Positions 41,811 to 55,300 of a DNA stretch of 64,000 bases are shown in pieces; positions within the stretch are counted from its first letter, which is position 1, and each line of letters starts with the position of its first letter. The notes beneath the pieces are model-generated. The model was not told the origin of the DNA. It searched no databases and saw only the letters and a program-made list of their open reading frames with translations. Source of the DNA: Botryllus schlosseri (Eukaryota). The translations under genes were made by a program, and so were the position numbers. The DNA lies in NCBI GenBank assembly GCA_051294905.1, contig CM119371.1, forward strand, positions 932,001 to 996,000, in the 5' to 3' direction.

Positions 41811-42148
41811 TGGAAAGAGCTCTGAAACAATGGAATGAGCTAGAAAGATCCGCGGAATAGAGACTGACACTGAAAGAAACTGTGACATCGAGCAGACGAG
41901 CACTAGGCCAAGGTGGATGCCAGTTTAAGAAACTGCAACTGGTCGTTCGGCATGCTCCTATCTGTGTGTGTCTTGTTCAGATGAAAATATAATCTGACGA
42001 TTTTTGATTTATTTTCACCAGCGGCCTGACTTTTCCGTGCTTAGTAGCAATTTGGTCGAAAAGCTGTCACAGACCCAATGAAATCGTCTCGAGACCCTCA
42101 CTTAACTAGGGGGTGGAATTTCTACAGAAATCATTTATGTATAATTAT

Positions 42149-42979
42149 TAGGGCGGTTTTTTTTGACATGTCAAAATTGTAGCGTTAGGTCAAAATTTGT
42201 CAAAATTTTTCATCAAGTCAAAATTTTTTCGACATCTGCATTTCGTTTGTATCGTAGATTCTGCACTGTCGGTGTACATATCATTTGATATTTTAAAGCT
42301 TGTAGCCTATTTTATAGGACTACCGTTGTAAACGGCTAATTGTCTGCTCATTGTGAACCGTAAACGGTCAAATAAAACAAATAGGTAGACATGGTGTTAT
42401 GGTCAACATACCGCAATATCCTAACTGAAGAAAGACTTCTTGGACATTGCATCATTCTTACATTAGGAAGCGCACGATGAAAAATTGTGATGTAGACAAC
42501 ATTGTCAGAATAAAGCAACACGGTGTGTCACCAGCAGTGTACGCACAACTTGAGTGTTGTCAGCCAACAACTGCTGCTGTTAAACGTCCTTGGCAAGCTT
42601 CTTAGTAAGGACATGCACTTTCTACCCAAGAATGTAGGAAAGTATCTCTCGTTGTACTACAACATCTTTCAATTATTTCTACCATAATACATATTGTAAC
42701 CACTGGAATTCTTCATAGGGCCAGATTTCGTTAAAATATTGTTTTTTTCATGTAAAAAGTTGCCTGTTTCTAAGCCAAAAACGTTTTTTTTCAGGCCAAA
42801 CTGCGTCGTTAGGACAGTCAGTTCCAGCCGGAAATGAAGATTGAGTGGTACAATTTTAACATTATGTGGGAAAACACCTAATTTGCATATGTTAGGCCAA
42901 TATTTGGTCAAGATTCAGTTCAAAATTTTGATTTTTTAGGTCAAAATTTCCCTTTTTTTTAGGTAAAAAAAACGCCCCA
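42149..42979. mobile_element. MITE
   Basis: Ends TAGGGCGGTTTTTTT / AAAAAAACGCCCCA, with an 8-bp TSD ATAATTAT at 42141-42148 and 42980-42987. Confidence 0.75.
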
Positions 42980-44016
42980 ATAATTATACATACATACATC
43001 TAGCTAAAAATCGCCAAAAGAAAATACTATTGTAAAGAACTATTTCCATATATTTTAACAGTTCTACCATAAAAATCTTAAAACCTCGTATACCCTAACC
43101 TAAAGCCAGATTTCACCCAAAAGATTTCAATGTTGACAATCGGCAACTATATCAACTCCACCAGGAATTATTTCAGTAGCATCAATGTCAACATGTTTCT
43201 TTCTTGGCTAGTTCTGTTTTAAATGCAAGTGTTCAGCATTCCTGACACACAAGCAATTACATGAATTAGTTTTGTTGTTCTGTTTCTGATATTTTGGTTT
43301 TACAGGGTACCGTATTCAATGACAAGCCTATTTGGTCATCTCAATCTGCAAGAAACTAATTATCCTTCTTTATTTCGGTGGCACAAAAGACTGGCATATT
43401 TCCGGCAACGTTGAAAACTATTTATGAATTGCCCAGTTGAACCATACTCTTTCTATGTCCATATGTGGATCGCTGAAATAAAAATACCGTATATCACAAT
43501 GATCTCGTTGATATATTTCTGGTGCATAGAACCGTATAGTCATAGTACAATTACAGTTTAATAACCGTGGCAAAATCATGGACAGGGCAGAAGCAGTTTA
43601 GGTTTAGATGACTTCTTTGAGACATCGAGAGCAAACTTGATGTGTTCCTGCACTCGCAAGCAAACATCACCGAAGGCGATTAGCATCAGTGCTACTCAAG
43701 ACTGCTTCACGTTGAGTTTGATGTAGTCAGAAGCTAATCGTTGAAATATTCGCGTCGGAATGTCGTTGCAATGCAGTATCCCTTGAAGTTACACACGAGT
43801 CTTCGCCGTTTTAGATCCATCTATGGATACTGAAGTCGCAAATGCAATCCATGGCGTCATTCAAGGCTGACATACCTATTAGAAAGGGTATACTATAGTT
43901 CATTAATATGGTCTGTGTTAGTTTTGTGATAAAACATACTTATTCCAGACGAAAACCCCTCGAAAAGCGTAAAACACGGAGAATCCCAGTAGTTCACCAT
44001 AAGCACCAGTGCGCAA

Positions 44017-46573
44017 CAGTGATGAGCGGATGTTGGATTTTGAGAATCCGAATCCGTCCGACAGTTTTGGTGTCTGCGGAACTATCCATCCGACTCCGGA
44101 TAATCTCATCCAACTATCCGAATTTATCCACAAATCTCTTACAAGAATCCGAAAAATCCTTATCGAATAATGATATCGCAGAATATCAATTGTAAAGCTG
44201 AGCTTAGTTACAGTTCTGCACTAGAAGATCACGAATTGTATCTATGGAATGAACGAAAATTGGAATTTTAATTATAGGAAAGTTAACGCAAAGAAACAAA
44301 GCTACTAATTTGAAGTAAGTGTGCGAATGAAAGTGGAATCTCGATCAAAAGCAAATGAAAAATGACAAAGATTATTAGGCCATGGCCATATGTAACAATC
44401 AGGCATTTAACCATATTACCAAATATATATCAAGAAGTAATAGTAGCAAGTTGTGACCATGGAATTTTACAATCGGGAGATGGTCAATATTGGATGCGGA
44501 TAAGCCACATTTTACCGACAAGTGCTGGAAGGCGTGAAGGCCTGTTTAGAAGCAACTTGCTGATGCTTATAATGCCTTTGGTCAATCAGTTCAAAGCTTC
44601 GAGCATAACGCTTATAGTCGAGTCACACGAAATGTCAATAATAGCACCATCCTGAATGTCCCTCAATCTGTCCAAATTTCCTCTCCAGTAGCTGGTCAGT
44701 AGTTGTCTTGCCAACTTGTTTATTGGAAGAGAAGAAACTCATCTTCAACTGTGCTGCATCCTTGGCCTTTCGGATATGGTTTGTAAGGTTCATTGTACCA
44801 CTTGAAAACGTGTGGTGTTTACTTGAACATAGTAATTGTAGCATTCAGCAGAGCCAGTGTCCCATAAATCCGGATGCAATCCCTCCACACTTCACTATTG
44901 CTGTGCTATCTCTCAAGACGTCGACTTTCTTCAATCCATTATAATGGAGAAACGAAACTCCGACAGTACGGAATCATAGCTCAAATTGACACTCAGACGA
45001 GGAGTTTGACAACATTCAAGGTCTTCAAATAATGCAATACACTAGTTGATAGAGCTCCACTCAAGAGACATGACGCATCACTAACGCACTGATCGACACT
45101 CCTTGGGATTGACTTTCAAACTGTTTGCATGGTCTCTCGTTGAAATCATATCGAAAAGCACCATAATCACGACAAAGTCTTTTTTCACAATTCTTCAACT
45201 GAAATCAAATTTACTTAAACAGACCATTGCCTGACAAAAAAAAACTAACAGCTTTTTCTTGTATGGCTCAGTGGTTCTGGATGATTGATTCCGTCAATCA
45301 TATTGGAGAAAATATAGCAGCTGAAGGAAGGGAAGAGTAAGCAGGAGAGTTGAGTAGGTTTGCTTTCGTTGTAACGGTATATAGGAATTATGGATTTTAT
45401 AGCCTTGTTATATGTTATTAGTTTGCCTTAATATGACATGCATGTATCTTGAATGATTTCAAACAGGCTGGTAGGCTACTGTACCGTCAAGGCATCATTA
45501 TATTAATTATCATATATTTTATCTGTGTATATATCTTCTTACATAATGTTCTATATAATTTTCTGACTACAGAAAGTTACTTGTACATGTTTGTATGCAT
45601 ATTCTTATTTGAGTGACCGGGCTGCAAGTGTGTGAATAGCTGTTAACTCGACGTGCTAAGCTGACGAGAAGTCCAAGTCCACACGGGGAATACCTTCTCA
45701 CGGAACGGAGTTATTACATTGTTAAACGTCATCAGGATATATTCCGTTATGATCATGAACTGCTGGAAGACTCATGGTAGCTAAAGATTGTGCCGTAGCA
45801 CAAGCACCGCGGTATAGTGTTGATCGAAAGGGTATCATACAACTACTGTGGCAGCATGAAAATCATTCATGCTACAAGTACGCAAAGAGGGATTTGACTT
45901 ACCGGTATATTAATCTACAGAAGACTGCCACAACAACAACTTTGAAGATTCTAGAAATTGCATGCCCTATTGTGACATTCATCAGCAATGGGCTCAAAAA
46001 CTACATGTGAAGGCGGGAAGCAAACGCAGTTCTGTGACTGATGTTGAAACTATACCTTCAATTTTGCGAACTTCAGACACTGCTCTGCGAGCATACCGTA
46101 CTGATGATGACCATGTCAGGCGAGCTCATGTCCAATCATACCATCGTTTATCAGTTCACATATTATAAATCGTTAGATTGGCAAGTATGGTATGCTTGAT
46201 GTGTTTTAGCTAATAAATCTGATAACATCGCTGATCTTATAGTATTGTCTACTCTTGAATGGTTAGAATGGTAGTGGTAATAGTTTATCTATATTATTTT
46301 GGACTCTTGACAAACATTTTTAGACTGCTACCTGTCATATCGTAAGGTGTCAGCTGTCTGTTTTTGGTTATTGAATTGATGACTTTTTTTATAGGCCTGT
46401 AATCAAATCTCACATCTGGTTACAACTATCCGGAAATATCCTATCAAAAGTTACAACTATCCGACAATATCCGAAAAAATATTTGTGATAATATCCGAGT
46501 CCTATCCGACTGCCACAAAATCGTCTAATATCCGGTCCGAATGCTATCCGAGTCCGTCCGATGCTCATCACTG
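44017..46573 (-). mobile_element. Deleted hAT element (BED-finger remnant) inserted in env
   Basis: TIRs CAGTGATGAGC / GCTCATCACTG, with an 8-bp TSD GTGCGCAA at 44009-44016 and 46574-46581. SSGTMNLTNHI remnant at ~44770-44840 on the minus strand. Related to 49561-51867 in the opposite orientation. Confidence 0.88.
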
Positions 46574-46581
46574 GTGCGCAA

Positions 46582-48510
46582 GTAGGTAGCCAGAGCTGTT
46601 TTTCAATTTTCTCCGCCGTCACGGTAAGTTGCGCACTCCAGTGTTTATATAGCTCAGTGGGCAATACACATACAACGGACCGGTGCTGAATTTATATTTG
46701 AGGATTTGGCAAGGATAAAGTTGGCGTTGATGGAAGAATACGTTGACAATATCTGGGCAACCCGAATATATCCAGTATAAAAAAGGATGACATCAATAGT
46801 ACATTGACAGAAACGCGACAATACTATAAGACATGAGCAGTAAAGACGGTCAAAAGATTTAAACCGTTCGCTACGTTTCACATGCTACATAGATGGGGAT
46901 CTGTTGTGTACACGGGAGTCCATGGAAGAGTCTGGAATAATCGACTAAGGTTGAAAGTAACTAATGGAATACCTAACAAGACCATATCCGGAACTCCTTT
47001 ATGTCGCTTGGGACTACCGAGAAGAGGAATTAATGAAGGCAACGCATCTATTATGGATACATATTGGTCGGACTACGAAACCGATTGGCCGCCAAGATCC
47101 GGAGGTTACGATGGAGTTTTAGAAGAAGAGTTAATACTGTTGCAAACGGAAAACACCAAGAAAGCACGACAATCTAAGTGCGACCATCCTTTTGTTCCCC
47201 TAATTACAAAACTTGAGTACTGGAATGATACACGTTACTATGTGAATCTGCAAGAAAGATATCCTGTGCAACCTTTTTGTTTCAAGACAATGACAGGAAA
47301 ATCGGACTCTACGAACAACCAGACAAGGTCAAAGAGGCAAGTACTAGCGGTGGGTTCCCGATTTATACGATTGGCAACTACAGGACAATGGGGTTCCACT
47401 AAAATGGAATCGGCCGCCAATGCACATGTGGCAAGCCTGGAAAGAGAAATCAGAGACAGGTTTCGTAATGATGCAAAGAATCTAGCAAAAACTGCGGTTG
47501 GGCTTCGGCGTTTACACAAAATTACGCCTGAACTAATGAAAGTGTTAACCAGGGTACAAGCAATGTTACTTGAAAAAGGTCGGCTAGCAGACAAAGATGA
47601 CAGAACTCATTCGACCTTAGTGCAGATGGGAAATGGAGATGGTTCCATTACATTGAAGAACCTAGTTTCCGAAATACACATGTTGGAAAGAATGGCGCGA
47701 GTTCAACTAGCAGCGGATGATATGGTTAGCAGGGAACTGCTGCGAGTGAACATACATGTGCCCAGTGATGTCAAATTTGAATTGATTATCATAGAGGGTA
47801 TAATACAACTGAAAACACTTGCAAGAAGAATGAAAATACCTGTGGAAAATGTCAATATTGAAGAATTCGAAAAGCCGCTAGAATCATTTGTCAACGACAC
47901 CAATAGCAATCTGACGATTAGAAAAATCGAGAACAGTGCTATACACCGAGAATTGAAAAAGATCAAGAATGCAAGTATGACTATGAAACATGAAGAAAAA
48001 ACATGGTATGGTCGAAGATAGGGAATTGAACGAGTGCCTGACGCGTCAGGTAAAATTGCTAAAGGTCTCGGAAAGACAATTGTCAAAACTGCTAAAGGTG
48101 TCGGAACTGGGTTGGAAACAGTTGTTAATGAAGGCGAGAAGATAGTAAATGGCGTTGGTAAAACAGTCGGATGAATATTCGGAAGCGTATTCGGATCCCT
48201 GTTAAAGCCATTATTGATTCCAGTAGCCATTGGTATAGCAGTGCTAATTGTGATATGTATCCTATTACAATGCCACCCGCAGTGCCATGAAAACAAACAG
48301 AGATTACATCCGTCATTGAGGTGGGGAAGTAATAAAAAAGAACGTATGTGGTCAATCAAGAATAGCAATTTGATTCACGAAGGCAAAAAGATACTACCCG
48401 AAGCCGTTAAAATGGCGACAATAGCCCTGCCGGCATATCAAGCCAAACCAACGAAGGGCGTAAAGTGGGCCGACGATGTTGAATGTGAGAAAGAAAATAG
48501 TGGGATGTAA
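46582..48510 (+). pseudogene. env: env-like glycoprotein, 3' part (furin site, fusion-peptide/heptad region, membrane-proximal region, TM and tail)
   Basis: RSKR at 47326-47337, then QVLAVGSRFIRLATTG and a heptad-like stretch. The Gly-rich GLGKTIVKTAKGVGTGLETVV...IFGSVFGSLLKPLL precedes TM IPVAIGIAVLIVICILL. ORFs 46882 and 48214 are in one frame, separated by TAG 48019 and TGA 48172. Confidence 0.8.
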
Positions 48511-48833
48511 AACAGATTGTAGCATACAATAGTTAAAATGGAATCCATAACGACGACTCATGTAAAACAAATTTGTGTGACATTGAAATGAATCTGAAAC
48601 AACACTACATGATATTCATTGGTAATCAAGGAAGGATATTAGCGCCGATTTTGTCGTATTTCACATGCCATGGTACATGAGATCTATGGATATTCCAGGA
48701 AGGTGTCTGAACAGATATCGCCTGATGATGCAATAAGCACATGCTACCCATTCGGTAACAGAATCTGGTACTGACAAGAGGTATGGCCAGAGCAGTTGGA
48801 AAGAACGAGTCCCCATCAATCATGAAGTAGATT

Positions 48834-49493
48834 TTGACGAGTAATGCATCACCAAAGGGAGTCATAACGCCTGCGAGACCAGCAAATAGTCGGCCGTCGA
48901 CAAGTGCAGAAGAAGATCAGGCTATCGAAACTGTGGACAAATCGCAATTATCGCAGAGAGCTCGAAAAAGTTACAATCGAATGCTTCGAGAAAAGTCTAA
49001 TTCATCGATCAAAATGTCCAAAGAAACGAAGGCGGCGTTCGAAAGATATAAGCGTATGAAGATACGAAATGATCCTGAACATTGGCAGGATGTCAGAATG
49101 TGTGAAATTTTAATGCATATGACGGAGCCTAATTACCAACAACTTTTCAAAAAAACGCGAATGATGAGACACAATGAACAAAAGGCATTGAAGGAGGAAA
49201 CGAAGCAAGAATTGCCCAAAGGAGTTATGCTTGCTAGCAAAGAAATACTGGGAGGAAATAACATCCCGAAAGGTGCTTTGCAATCTGACGAACGAATTCT
49301 AACGCCTGGAAATGCTATTTCCATTGGTAAAAAGACGAAAAGAGAGCTGCGAGCAGCATTGAAGAGAACACGAGTCTGTGTTTTAGCCGCAACGCACTGC
49401 GATTTGTGCCACGAGGAAGACGAAAACTGCATATTACATCAGACTATAGACTGCAATAGCACAAGGATTAAAGGCCGAAAGACAAAGATTTAA
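48834..49493 (+). CDS. Accessory ORF of the retroelement: basic, helical, with a Cys/His cluster (HCDLCH...C..H...C)
   Basis: 219 open codons, co-oriented and downstream of env. No recognised family, and no integrase HHCC or DDE motifs. Confidence 0.5.
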   Translation: MTSNASPKGVITPARPANSRPSTSAEEDQAIETVDKSQLSQRARKSYNRMLREKSNSSIKMSKETKAAFERYKRMKIRNDPEHWQDVRMCEILMHMTEPNYQQLFKKTRMMRHNEQKALKEETKQELPKGVMLASKEILGGNNIPKGALQSDERILTPGNAISIGKKTKRELRAALKRTRVCVLAATHCDLCHEEDENCILHQTIDCNSTRIKGRKTKI

Positions 49494-49560
49494 ACTAATA
49501 TGTTCAATTAGTTTCCCCGGCTTTTAGGGTGATTAGCGTGCGCCAAACGCTGCTATGAAC

Positions 49561-51867
49561 CAGTGATGAGCACCGGAGCGGAGTCGGAGTGGATTCGGAG
49601 CGGAGTTTTGCCAATTTTGTGATACCCGGAGTGGAGTCGGAGTTTACAACAGAAATTTTTCCGGAGTTTTACGGAGTATTGTGAGTTTTGCCCCCGATAT
49701 CTTTCGATAGCTTTGACCAGAAGACACTATTGATTACAAACCAAAACACAGACAGTTGACACCTTGTAAAGTTGTAATATGACTGGTAACATGCAAAAAT
49801 GATTGACAAGTGCATAAAAATCAGCCATCTGCACTGCAATTGGGGACTGGAGAGTAACCTAGTGATCTAGCAAGGCATTTCCGCTGAGCAGTGTCTGTAG
49901 TTCACAAACTTGAAGACACCCAATATCGTTCGCAGCGCATCATTTTCTCCCTGCAATGAGATGCAGTCTTTGAATCCACTGCTGAATGTCACCATATTAT
50001 GAGATAAGATCTCCAGAATCTTCCACGTTGCTGTCATTGCAGTCTTCTATAGTCACATCATATTTCTCCTTGCGTATTTGTTTCGTAACTAATTTTCATG
50101 CTGCCCCAGTAATTGTGCGAAACATTTACAATCAGCCACATACAGCGGGGCTTCCCTATGGTACAGCCTTTGGCTACCCTGATTCTTCCAGCAAGTTGAT
50201 GATCATAACGGAATATATCCCATTATCCTGATGACATTCAATATAGTAATAGGTCCATTTTGTGAAAATGTATTCCCAACGTTGGTATCAGTTGTAAGAT
50301 AACATCCGATACCACTTTTGTGATAACTTTTCGCAACTTTCATCGTACTTGCAATTTGCAGTGAGAGATATCGATAATAAGTGTTACATCAATATTACCT
50401 TTATATCTGTGAGAAATATACATACAACCAGCAAGTATCTGGATGGAAACAATAACAATAACTTATGCAATGTGTTACATGATTTAATGACATTGCGATG
50501 AATTTTCGCTAGTAAGATCCGTTCACAGAGGCATACCAGCATCTAAGCCCGTTTTAAAGATTTCAACAATACATAAATCACTAAGGTAAGCTGATCTTAC
50601 CCTGTAAAAACAGAATATTCCGAATTTCTGAACAGCCACACTAAATAACTACAACCGTCTGCTTTGCTCTGCTCGCATCAACTCAACTACGCTTCCTTCA
50701 ATATTGATTGACGTAGTCAGTCATCCAGAACTCTTCTGAATTTTCGTCATGTAATGTTTGGTTTGATTGAGAAGTGACTTTGATGTGATGTGAAAAATCA
50801 GCACCGCAATCAAGTTTCTGCTGCTGGTCTGTCTCAGACTCCAAATTCCAGATATCATGTATCAGCTTCAAAATTGGAAGTCACTAGTCATTTAGTCAAC
50901 TTCAAGGAGCGTCGATCGGTGCGTCAGTGATGCATCATGTATGTTTAGTGCAGTGCAGTTCCATCAACTGTCTCATGGCGATGCAGAACTTAATTTACTG
51001 AAACCTGTGATGTAATCGTCGATTTCAGTGGTGTTAGTGGTAGTTAGTTCGAACTGACTGGTCTTCCTTCGTCGTTTTAATATAATGGCTGAAGCACCGT
51101 CGACGTCAAGTGGGTTACTCACTAAGACGCAGAAAAAGAGTGACGTGTGGAAGGATTTCACTCTGATGCTGCATGATAATAACGGCCAGTATACTGGGTT
51201 TGCGAGATGTCAAAATTGCAATGTTCAGCTAAAGCATCACAAGTTGACAAGTGGTACGTCGCATCTTCGAAGACATATCGAAGCTTGTAAGAAGAATTGA
51301 TTGCAGTTGAAATGCAAGTAAGCGAGTAATCAAAGGAGAAGGTGGTCATGGGGAACACTGATCGCCGGGTGGAGAATACCGAAGAAGTGCCGGTTTGCCG
51401 TGGTGTTGTGCAGAAGACGTTTTGCCATCCAGATTTACGGTGAGACGTAAGTTCGATGAGGAGGCTTCATCTTTGAAGCAGAAGCTGTCAGAGGAACTAA
51501 GAGTTGCTATCAAGTGTTATGGGCTGGCTGGCATCACCACAGATATGTGGACCGATCTAAAGGGTCGCAGTTCTATTAGCTTGACTGTCCATTTTGTTGG
51601 AGAGAACTTGACTCTCAGAAGTAATGTTGCGACTGTTCGGCAATTCACGGATACTAAAAAAACTGGTATGAATATCAGACAGGCTATCGAAAACATCGAT
51701 TGGGATTCTTCGACAATGGTCTGAATATATTTCGGGGACTGGACAAGATTCTTCGGGTTATCTCGGAGTCTGGGATTGAGATCCCCGGAGTCGGAGGGAT
51801 TTTGCCTCAGAGACCAAAGTTGTCGGAGGGACTCGGAGTCTCGAAAAGCAGACTCCGCTCATCACTG
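49561..51867 (+). mobile_element. Internally deleted hAT element with BED finger and partial transposase
   Basis: TIRs CAGTGATGAGC / GCTCATCACTG, with an 8-bp TSD CTATGAAC at 49553-49560 and 51868-51875. BED finger KSDVWKDF...CQNC...GTSHLRRH (51085-51300) and catalytic TTDMWTD...SLTVHF (51395-51724). Confidence 0.92.
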
Positions 51868-52399
51868 CTATGAACCTCCGGTCGACATTCCCATCGACAG
51901 ACCTGTTCGAGAAGTGTACATATGTAATAACTTGTGGGGATTGGGTGGTCTTTATAGATAGGTCTAACTAGGTAGGAACATCTCATTGCCAACGGAGAAG
52001 GTTTTGCCTGCTGGAAAGGGGCTCAATTGGAAACCTGTTGTGCATAATGCATGGGCAATAACTATTGATATTTCCAATTGATTAGTAACAACATTTGGTT
52101 GTTTGGATAAAATTCGAAGTGGGGAATAAGGTGCGAATGGCGAGAGTTGGACTCCGTGTCCTTAAACGGCGTATCCCGACATTATGACTGGTGATGTTGT
52201 CGTCAAGACGACAGAAACCAGACATGGATGAAGGGCTGAATGCTGTGATGGGACGACTTGAGAAAAGCTTGAACTTGACACATCTTAGGACAAGAAACTG
52301 GCTTATGGCCATGTTTGGATCAATCTGTCAGCCTTGTTCCTCCTAGGTCTAAGTCAGTAAATGAGGGGTCTGAGCAACAGGTCATCGCGGCGATTAGGG

Positions 52400-55300
52400 T
52401 TTATGCTGTTTTGTGGTGTATGTCAATTGATGCATTTGTTGGTAATTTATTGTGTAGCGATCTGAATTTTGAAATTGAGCTGCATACACGTTAATTGTGT
52501 TGTGTCGCTTTCCAGACGATATGCCTAAGCGAAGTAGGGGGAGATAAATTAGAGAAAATGAACAATTTTGATTCTTGTTGGAAAATATTGCCGTTCTAAA
52601 TAAATTAATGGATAATTTGGATGGCAGTAAGAAAATCAAACATGATTCGGAAAGAAGAATAAAGAATTTTGTACCAATTACATAAGACGGGTATATTCGC
52701 TATCAAATGTTGAGACTTAAATGGAAAACGTTCTGGAATTGTTAAAAACAACCAGAATGTTTTGCGGGGGCAATGAGAACGTTTGGGCGGAAATGAAATT
52801 GATATTTATGTATGTTTGGTTAAGAAGGGAGAAAAAGTCAAAGCAATAAAAGATTGATCGAAAAATACTGATACAAAGTAATTCATGGCGAGAATTCGTG
52901 AATAAATAATAAATAAATAAACGCCGGCGAATAGTCTGGAGAGTCGAGGCAGCACAATAGCATGTGTGCAGACGTTGATGAGACATGAATTAACATTTGT
53001 GATGTGTAATGAGTTAATGATACATGAATTAACATTTGTGATGAGTAATGAAACGTGAATTAATATTTTGGGATATGAATTGATAATTGTGACGGTTGAT
53101 TTGTCAGTATAGTAACTGTACAATGTGTGTATTTGACACGATAACATGATAATGTATTACGATACTAAACAGGAAATACTTGCCTTGATGTATCCGAAAC
53201 ATAAATGGGGTCATACATACCAGTGTAACATGTGCCTTTGTATAGAACGAATTCATGAATTTAATGTGGCAATGCAGAGCGATTTGCTTCTGACACAATC
53301 ATAAGTAATGTGCCTACAATATGCAGTAATTAGTAAGCATACGACCCGGTTGGAATACACCTTATGCTGAAGTATGTTTATTGTTGGAGTAGTCATGTTA
53401 TGATTGTGAAATAAAGTGTCTATGATATATGGTAATAAGCATGTAACCCGGTTGGAATATACCTTTTGCTAAACACCGTATATTATTGATGTAATTGTTG
53501 AAGTAATTGTACTGTAGTTGCGAAGTAAAGTGCCTATTAGGGTTGTCCAAAATTTGGAAAATCTTACAAATCCTCCGTTGTAATGTCTTATTCTATAGAT
53601 TATTGATAAAAAACGACACTGAGCCAGAAAGAAGCTCACAGGAAGGCCGTTAAGATTTCGTGCAAAGCGTTTGAAAGTAGCTGCCGTAGAATGGGCGTGC
53701 CACCGACCATAGAACGGCGAGAAGACTAGCAATCACGAAACCACGGCTCTGGATTGGCTAATCGGCTATGCTTCAATGACCACGACAGCAGCAGCTTGCT
53801 GTGTAGGTGATCAAGGAGTCTGCTACCGGCGGCGATTCTGAAAGCCCATTGTATGTAGGTTGACAGATAATGATTTAGGATTGATTCAGGGTATGTTGAG
53901 GTACGAAATACATGATGAACAAACAACAGCTGCTTCACGAAAACGTCTAAAGCATGACCGCTTTATTATGAAGGGAACCGCCGTAGCCTGCATGCCTTGT
54001 TTTCAACGAGAGAAAGCATAGGCGCTTATGCAAGTAGCGACGGATTCCTAGTTTCAGAAAGATCTCCTTATTGAATACAAAGATAAAGCTTAACAATGAC
54101 ACTACAACTTGTGTGATCTTATTGGGCTCAGGTTGTAGTACATGGTTGAAGTTTTGAAAGCTCTAAGGATCGGCTGAATCAGCGGGTTATGCTTGGCACT
54201 TGTCAGATGCTTGCATCAAAATGTATTCACTTGCAAGTGTTGTCAAAGTCCTTGATGATGACGCAGAAAAGAGGTGTAAAAGTAAGCACATACTATGCTG
54301 GACATGATATGGCAAAGTCCTTAATGTCGCGCAGAAAAGGGGTGTAAAAGTAGGCACAGACAATGCTGCATAGTGCATAGCACCCAGCATAGTTTGTACA
54401 TCATATCAAGCATAGTCTGTGCTTGCATTTAGACATCGTTTCTGCGGCATCATTAGGGACTTTGAAAACACTTACAAGTGAATTCAATTTGCTGTAAACA
54501 TCTGACAAGTGCCAAGCCTAAGCGACGTTTGATTCAGCCGATCCCTAGAGCATTGAAAACTTCAATTATGTACTGCAACCTGAGCCCAATAAGATCACAC
54601 AAATTGTAGTGTCATTGTTAAGGTTTATCTTTGTATTCAATAATGATATAGCCTTTCTGAAAGTAGGAGTCCGTCGCTATTTGCATAAGCGCCCATGCTT
54701 TCCCTCGTTGAAAACAAGGCATATAGGCTACAGCGGTTTCCTTCACAATAAAGCGGTCACGCTTTAGACGTTTTTGTGAAGCAGCTGTTGTTGTTCATCA
54801 TGTATTTCGTACCTCAGCATACCCTGAATCAATCCTAAATCAATATCTGTCAACCTACATACAATGCGCTTTCAGAATCGCCGCCGGTAGCAGACTCCTT
54901 GATCACCTACACAGCAAGCTGCTGCTGTCGTGGTCATTGAAGCATAGCCGATTAGCCAATCAAGAGCCGTGGTTTCGTGATTGCTAGTCTTCTCGCCGTT
55001 CTATGGTCGGTGGCACGCCCATTCTTCGGCAGCTACTTTCAAACGCTTTGCACGAAATCATAACAGTCTTCCTGTGAGCTTCTTTCAGGCTCAGTGTCGT
55101 TTTTTATCACTAATCTATAGAATAAGACATTACAACGGAGGATTCGTAAGATTTTCCAAATTATGGACAACCCTAGTGCCTATGATATGCGGTAATGAGC
55201 ATGGAACCCGGTTGGAACATACCTTTTGCTTAATGCCGTATATTATTGATGTAATTGTGAAGTAAAGAGTCTATGATATGCAGTAATAAGCATGCGACCC

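Noticed and set aside
47703..48368. 221-aa minus-strand ORF
   Set aside because: Antisense shadow of the env TM region, with no independent motifs.
53469..55265. Twin ORFs MLVFSPFYGRWHAHS... on opposite strands
   Set aside because: Artefact of the foldback element's inverted arms.
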